From IMG/VR virus record IMGVR_UViG_3300005584_000003, positions 1 through 59,958 of that record: 59,958 bases of DNA, one strand, 5' to 3'. This document shows positions 57,508 through 59,958 of this stretch, one piece after another. Made by a program: the position numbers and the translations under genes. Numbering within the stretch: position 1 is the first letter of the stretch; every line of letters begins with the position of its first letter. The stretch comes from a virus (Duplodnaviria; Caudoviricetes). The notes beneath the pieces were generated by a model, which saw nothing but the letters and a program-made list of their open reading frames with translations, searched no databases and was not told where the DNA came from.

Positions 57508-57729
57508 TTAGTTGTTTCCCGATGGCTTTGGCTCACTGCCCTCTTCGGCCCACTCAGAAATAGCTTTAATAGCAGCCATGGCAGCTACAGCAGCGTGCCC
57601 CGGGTATGATTTACCCGTAGGCTGCATAGGAAAGAAATCGGTGTTAACCTTGAGGGAGCTACCGTTTTCGCAAATAATGGTTATAACCGCTTTAGTTACT
57701 TCACCGTCTTGTGGATGTTCGTTTTTCAT
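57508..57729 (-). CDS. hypothetical protein
   Basis: TTGACT-N17-TTATCT-N7-ATG upstream. Confidence 0.65.
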   Translation of the reverse strand: MKNEHPQDGEVTKAVITIICENGSSLKVNTDFFPMQPTGKSYPGHAAVAAMAAIKAISEWAEEGSEPKPSGNN

Positions 57730-57848
57730 CAAGCGCAGATAATTAATGTTTAATAATTGAGTCAAACTAATTTCCTAAAAATAATGTTGCATTCCTACAG
57801 GAAATGATGTTTGCTTTGTTCATAGGCACATTCCGTGTCTCACAAAAA

Positions 57849-58166
57849 ATGCACATAACACAAAATGTTAGCTCACCGAAAGCCGCAGAGTTTTCGTTCT
57901 TAGATATCATAGCCCACAAGGGACCCACTGGAACAATCACGGTTGAAGACTACCAGCTCTTCTTTCGCGGCGACTGTTATTCACGTCTCGCTCTCCGCAA
58001 TTATGATCGTTACGTATCGGATCAAGCCGACCTCCATGCTTTAGGGGAAGCACTGGTAGTAGATCGCCGTGGGTTGGACCTACGCACGCTATCTGAACCC
58101 GTTACCTACAACCTGTCGGAAGCGGACGTTGATGAGATGTACCTGAAGCAGGAGGCCGCATCATGA
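57849..58166 (+). CDS. hypothetical protein
   Basis: first gene of the rightward operon; A-rich leader. Confidence 0.6.
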   Translation: MHITQNVSSPKAAEFSFLDIIAHKGPTGTITVEDYQLFFRGDCYSRLALRNYDRYVSDQADLHALGEALVVDRRGLDLRTLSEPVTYNLSEADVDEMYLKQEAAS

Positions 58167-58366
58167 TTAAGCATTTAGTAACAACCGTAAATTTTGCGCA
58201 GTCTACTGACTCGCAGATTATCGAAGCTGCCCGTGAGCTTCTGGCCCTCAAACTCAACCTTTCTGCAACGCACCGTCGCCTGCTTAAATCAAAACGGCCC
58301 GATGTTATGATTGCTGGAAAATTCCTGTGGTCTTACCTTTGCAAAACCAAAACCATAAACAACTAA
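58163..58366 (+). CDS. hypothetical protein
   Basis: ATGA-coupled ORF. Confidence 0.55.
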   Translation: MIKHLVTTVNFAQSTDSQIIEAARELLALKLNLSATHRRLLKSKRPDVMIAGKFLWSYLCKTKTINN

Positions 58367-58370
58367 CACC

Positions 58371-58616
58371 ATGATCGCCACCATCGAACAACAAGAACTC
58401 GACGTATACCTCGCTGCTAGGAATGCAGCGTTTGAGGCTGGGTGCATTGCTCGGGGCGCCACCTTCTATGCGGTTTGTGCTTTAACGGCAGATGATATGG
58501 CCAAGTATGGCGTGTACACCGTGGAGCAATTTAAGACATGGACCGCCGAGAATGAAGCCTTAGAGGATTTAAAAGAAGCTAGAAAGAATGGCTATTATCA
58601 GGAGGCACAACAATGA
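58371..58616 (+). CDS. hypothetical protein
   Basis: 81-aa coupled ORF. Confidence 0.6.
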   Translation: MIATIEQQELDVYLAARNAAFEAGCIARGATFYAVCALTADDMAKYGVYTVEQFKTWTAENEALEDLKEARKNGYYQEAQQ

Positions 58617-59074
58617 GCGACAAACCCAACGCAATTAAAACAATGGCAGAATATGAGACTATCTTGGATCGCATTCACACTATTTTTTATGCCAAGCCAA
58701 ATACTCCAAAAGGCGACGAACTAAAGTCGCTTCTTAAATTGACCTACGATTACGAGGAAGGCATTTCTAACGATGACGAGTGCCAACAAATGAGCGACAC
58801 ACCACGGACAGATGCAGCAACCTATACTGCCGATTGTTTAGGCAAAACTTTGGTGGTTAACAGGGCTTGTGCTGCGGCACTTGAAACCGAACTCGCCGTT
58901 AGTAATGAGGAGATTGCGCGGTTGCGGGATCTGTTGCGTTTCGCATGGGCCGATGACGATACACTTGTCGTTCTCAACCAAGGCGTCCGCCGCGCCTACA
59001 TAGATGCAATTCGCGAAGAACTTGGCATGGACGCTAAAATATGGCCAGCATATGAACCTTTTCATACAGCCTGA
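58613..59074 (+). CDS. protein with a HigA-antitoxin-like N-terminus
   Basis: IKT..EY...L.RI.....A.P.TP.GDEL..L..L...YE, then a MSDTPRTDA segment. Confidence 0.6.
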   Translation: MSDKPNAIKTMAEYETILDRIHTIFYAKPNTPKGDELKSLLKLTYDYEEGISNDDECQQMSDTPRTDAATYTADCLGKTLVVNRACAAALETELAVSNEEIARLRDLLRFAWADDDTLVVLNQGVRRAYIDAIREELGMDAKIWPAYEPFHTA

Positions 59075-59405
59075 GTTAGACTTTACGGCTAGTGCCTCCG
59101 TTGAGGCCTATTTGTCAGAGAAGCGGTCTGGACGCATTAGCAAGCGGGCCCAGATGGTGTTGGACATCCTACAGGGCGCCCCGTTCCCCTTAACGGCAAC
59201 GGAAGTCTGGAGGATCGCCCAACATAACGACCCAGACATGCGTAGGGACTCCATAGCGCCCCGTTTCGCACAATTAGCCGCCGCCCACCTCATCCATAAG
59301 GCAGGACGCGCCCCATGCTCAGAAACAGGCAAGAAGATCACCTGCTGGTCTATGGGTCCCGAAGAGGAGGAAGACGAAGAAGAACAGGATCCCATTGAAA
59401 CATGA
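59052..59405 (+). CDS. winged-helix protein
   Basis: VL..L......T..E.........SI.PRF..L....LI...G...C..TG....W. Confidence 0.7.
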   Translation: MNLFIQPELDFTASASVEAYLSEKRSGRISKRAQMVLDILQGAPFPLTATEVWRIAQHNDPDMRRDSIAPRFAQLAAAHLIHKAGRAPCSETGKKITCWSMGPEEEEDEEEQDPIET

Positions 59406-59958
59406 ACAAATCTATACCACAGCACATTTACGGGTTAGTTGACCAAGGTATTTTGAGCGGTAGTACTATTGATACTAGACAGTACGAGCGTTGCGTTATC
59501 TTTGGCGTCACATCGATTCCTTCACGCGCTTTGCACTTCTCTATTTTGTGCGAGTCAGGTGCGCAGTGGGCACGCATACCTTTACACAAATTAAGGCATG
59601 AGAAGCCAACCTCCGAACGCATTCACGAACTACCCCAGTTACAAAGCTGGGACTGTCACGGCTGGGATTTCTGCGCAGTGCAGTATGAGTATCTACGTGA
59701 AATGGGATGTAAATTTAAGACCCGGGATGGTGAGATGGTTTCCGGATCGTATTGGTTTACGCTCGACCACACGGATAATGGGTACTCTCAATATCCTCCC
59801 GAACATAAATGTTACCATGTGTTGTTGTTAGATGATGGCAGCGGTCAAATTGCCGCCCAACCCAACAATAGAATCGTATGGCGTGACGATAGCTTTGTAC
59901 GTGAAAACCAAGAGCAACTGAGTACTTACCGTGTGATGCCAGAGAAAACGTGGCACGC
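59402..59958 (+). CDS. conserved phage protein, runs off the window end
   Basis: open frame read by hand: MNKSIPQH...GAQWARIPLH...QSWDC...EHKCYH...GQIAAQPNNRI.W.D.SF. Confidence 0.8.
   Translation, partial: MNKSIPQHIYGLVDQGILSGSTIDTRQYERCVIFGVTSIPSRALHFSILCESGAQWARIPLHKLRHEKPTSERIHELPQLQSWDCHGWDFCAVQYEYLREMGCKFKTRDGEMVSGSYWFTLDHTDNGYSQYPPEHKCYHVLLLDDGSGQIAAQPNNRIVWRDDSFVRENQEQLSTYRVMPEKTWH

Noticed and set aside
59402-59958. Circular closure of the last ORF onto position 1
   Set aside because: Joining gives a stop after four codons (…WHAIMP*), which is compatible but not diagnostic; no terminal overlap is visible, so completeness is unproven
1-59958. tRNA genes, integrase/att site, alternative genetic code
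   Set aside because: No cloverleaf or recombinase recognised by eye; long ORFs are intact in the standard code

Overview
The window reads as most or all of a ~60 kb tailed phage genome with podovirus-like architecture. The host is probably in the Verrucomicrobiota, inferred from the GroEL sequence and the absence of Shine-Dalgarno motifs. Layout: (i) a leftward early region (~1.2-6.7 kb; GP88-like, DUF932, small genes) divided by three copies of an unusual non-coding module (promoter / CCAAT-type repeats / GGTT-type repeats / terminator), with two candidate ncRNAs; (ii) a phage GroEL with a diverged apical domain and no visible GroES; (iii) terminase, portal and scaffold; (iv) four glycosyltransferases, two methyltransferases and four Gly-X-Thr collagen-like fibre genes; (v) tail and ejection genes; (vi) a major capsid gene displaced to the opposite strand behind a structured leader; (vii) a flavin-dependent halogenase, holins and a metallophosphoesterase; (viii) a replication block (RuvC-like, primase-helicase, PD-(D/E)XK exonuclease) with no DNA polymerase or integrase. 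Other signals: leaderless promoters on structural genes, apparent CCWGG avoidance, a split KTSC domain in a virion protein and a HigA-like antitoxin fragment. All product calls come from motif recognition by eye; no database searches were run.
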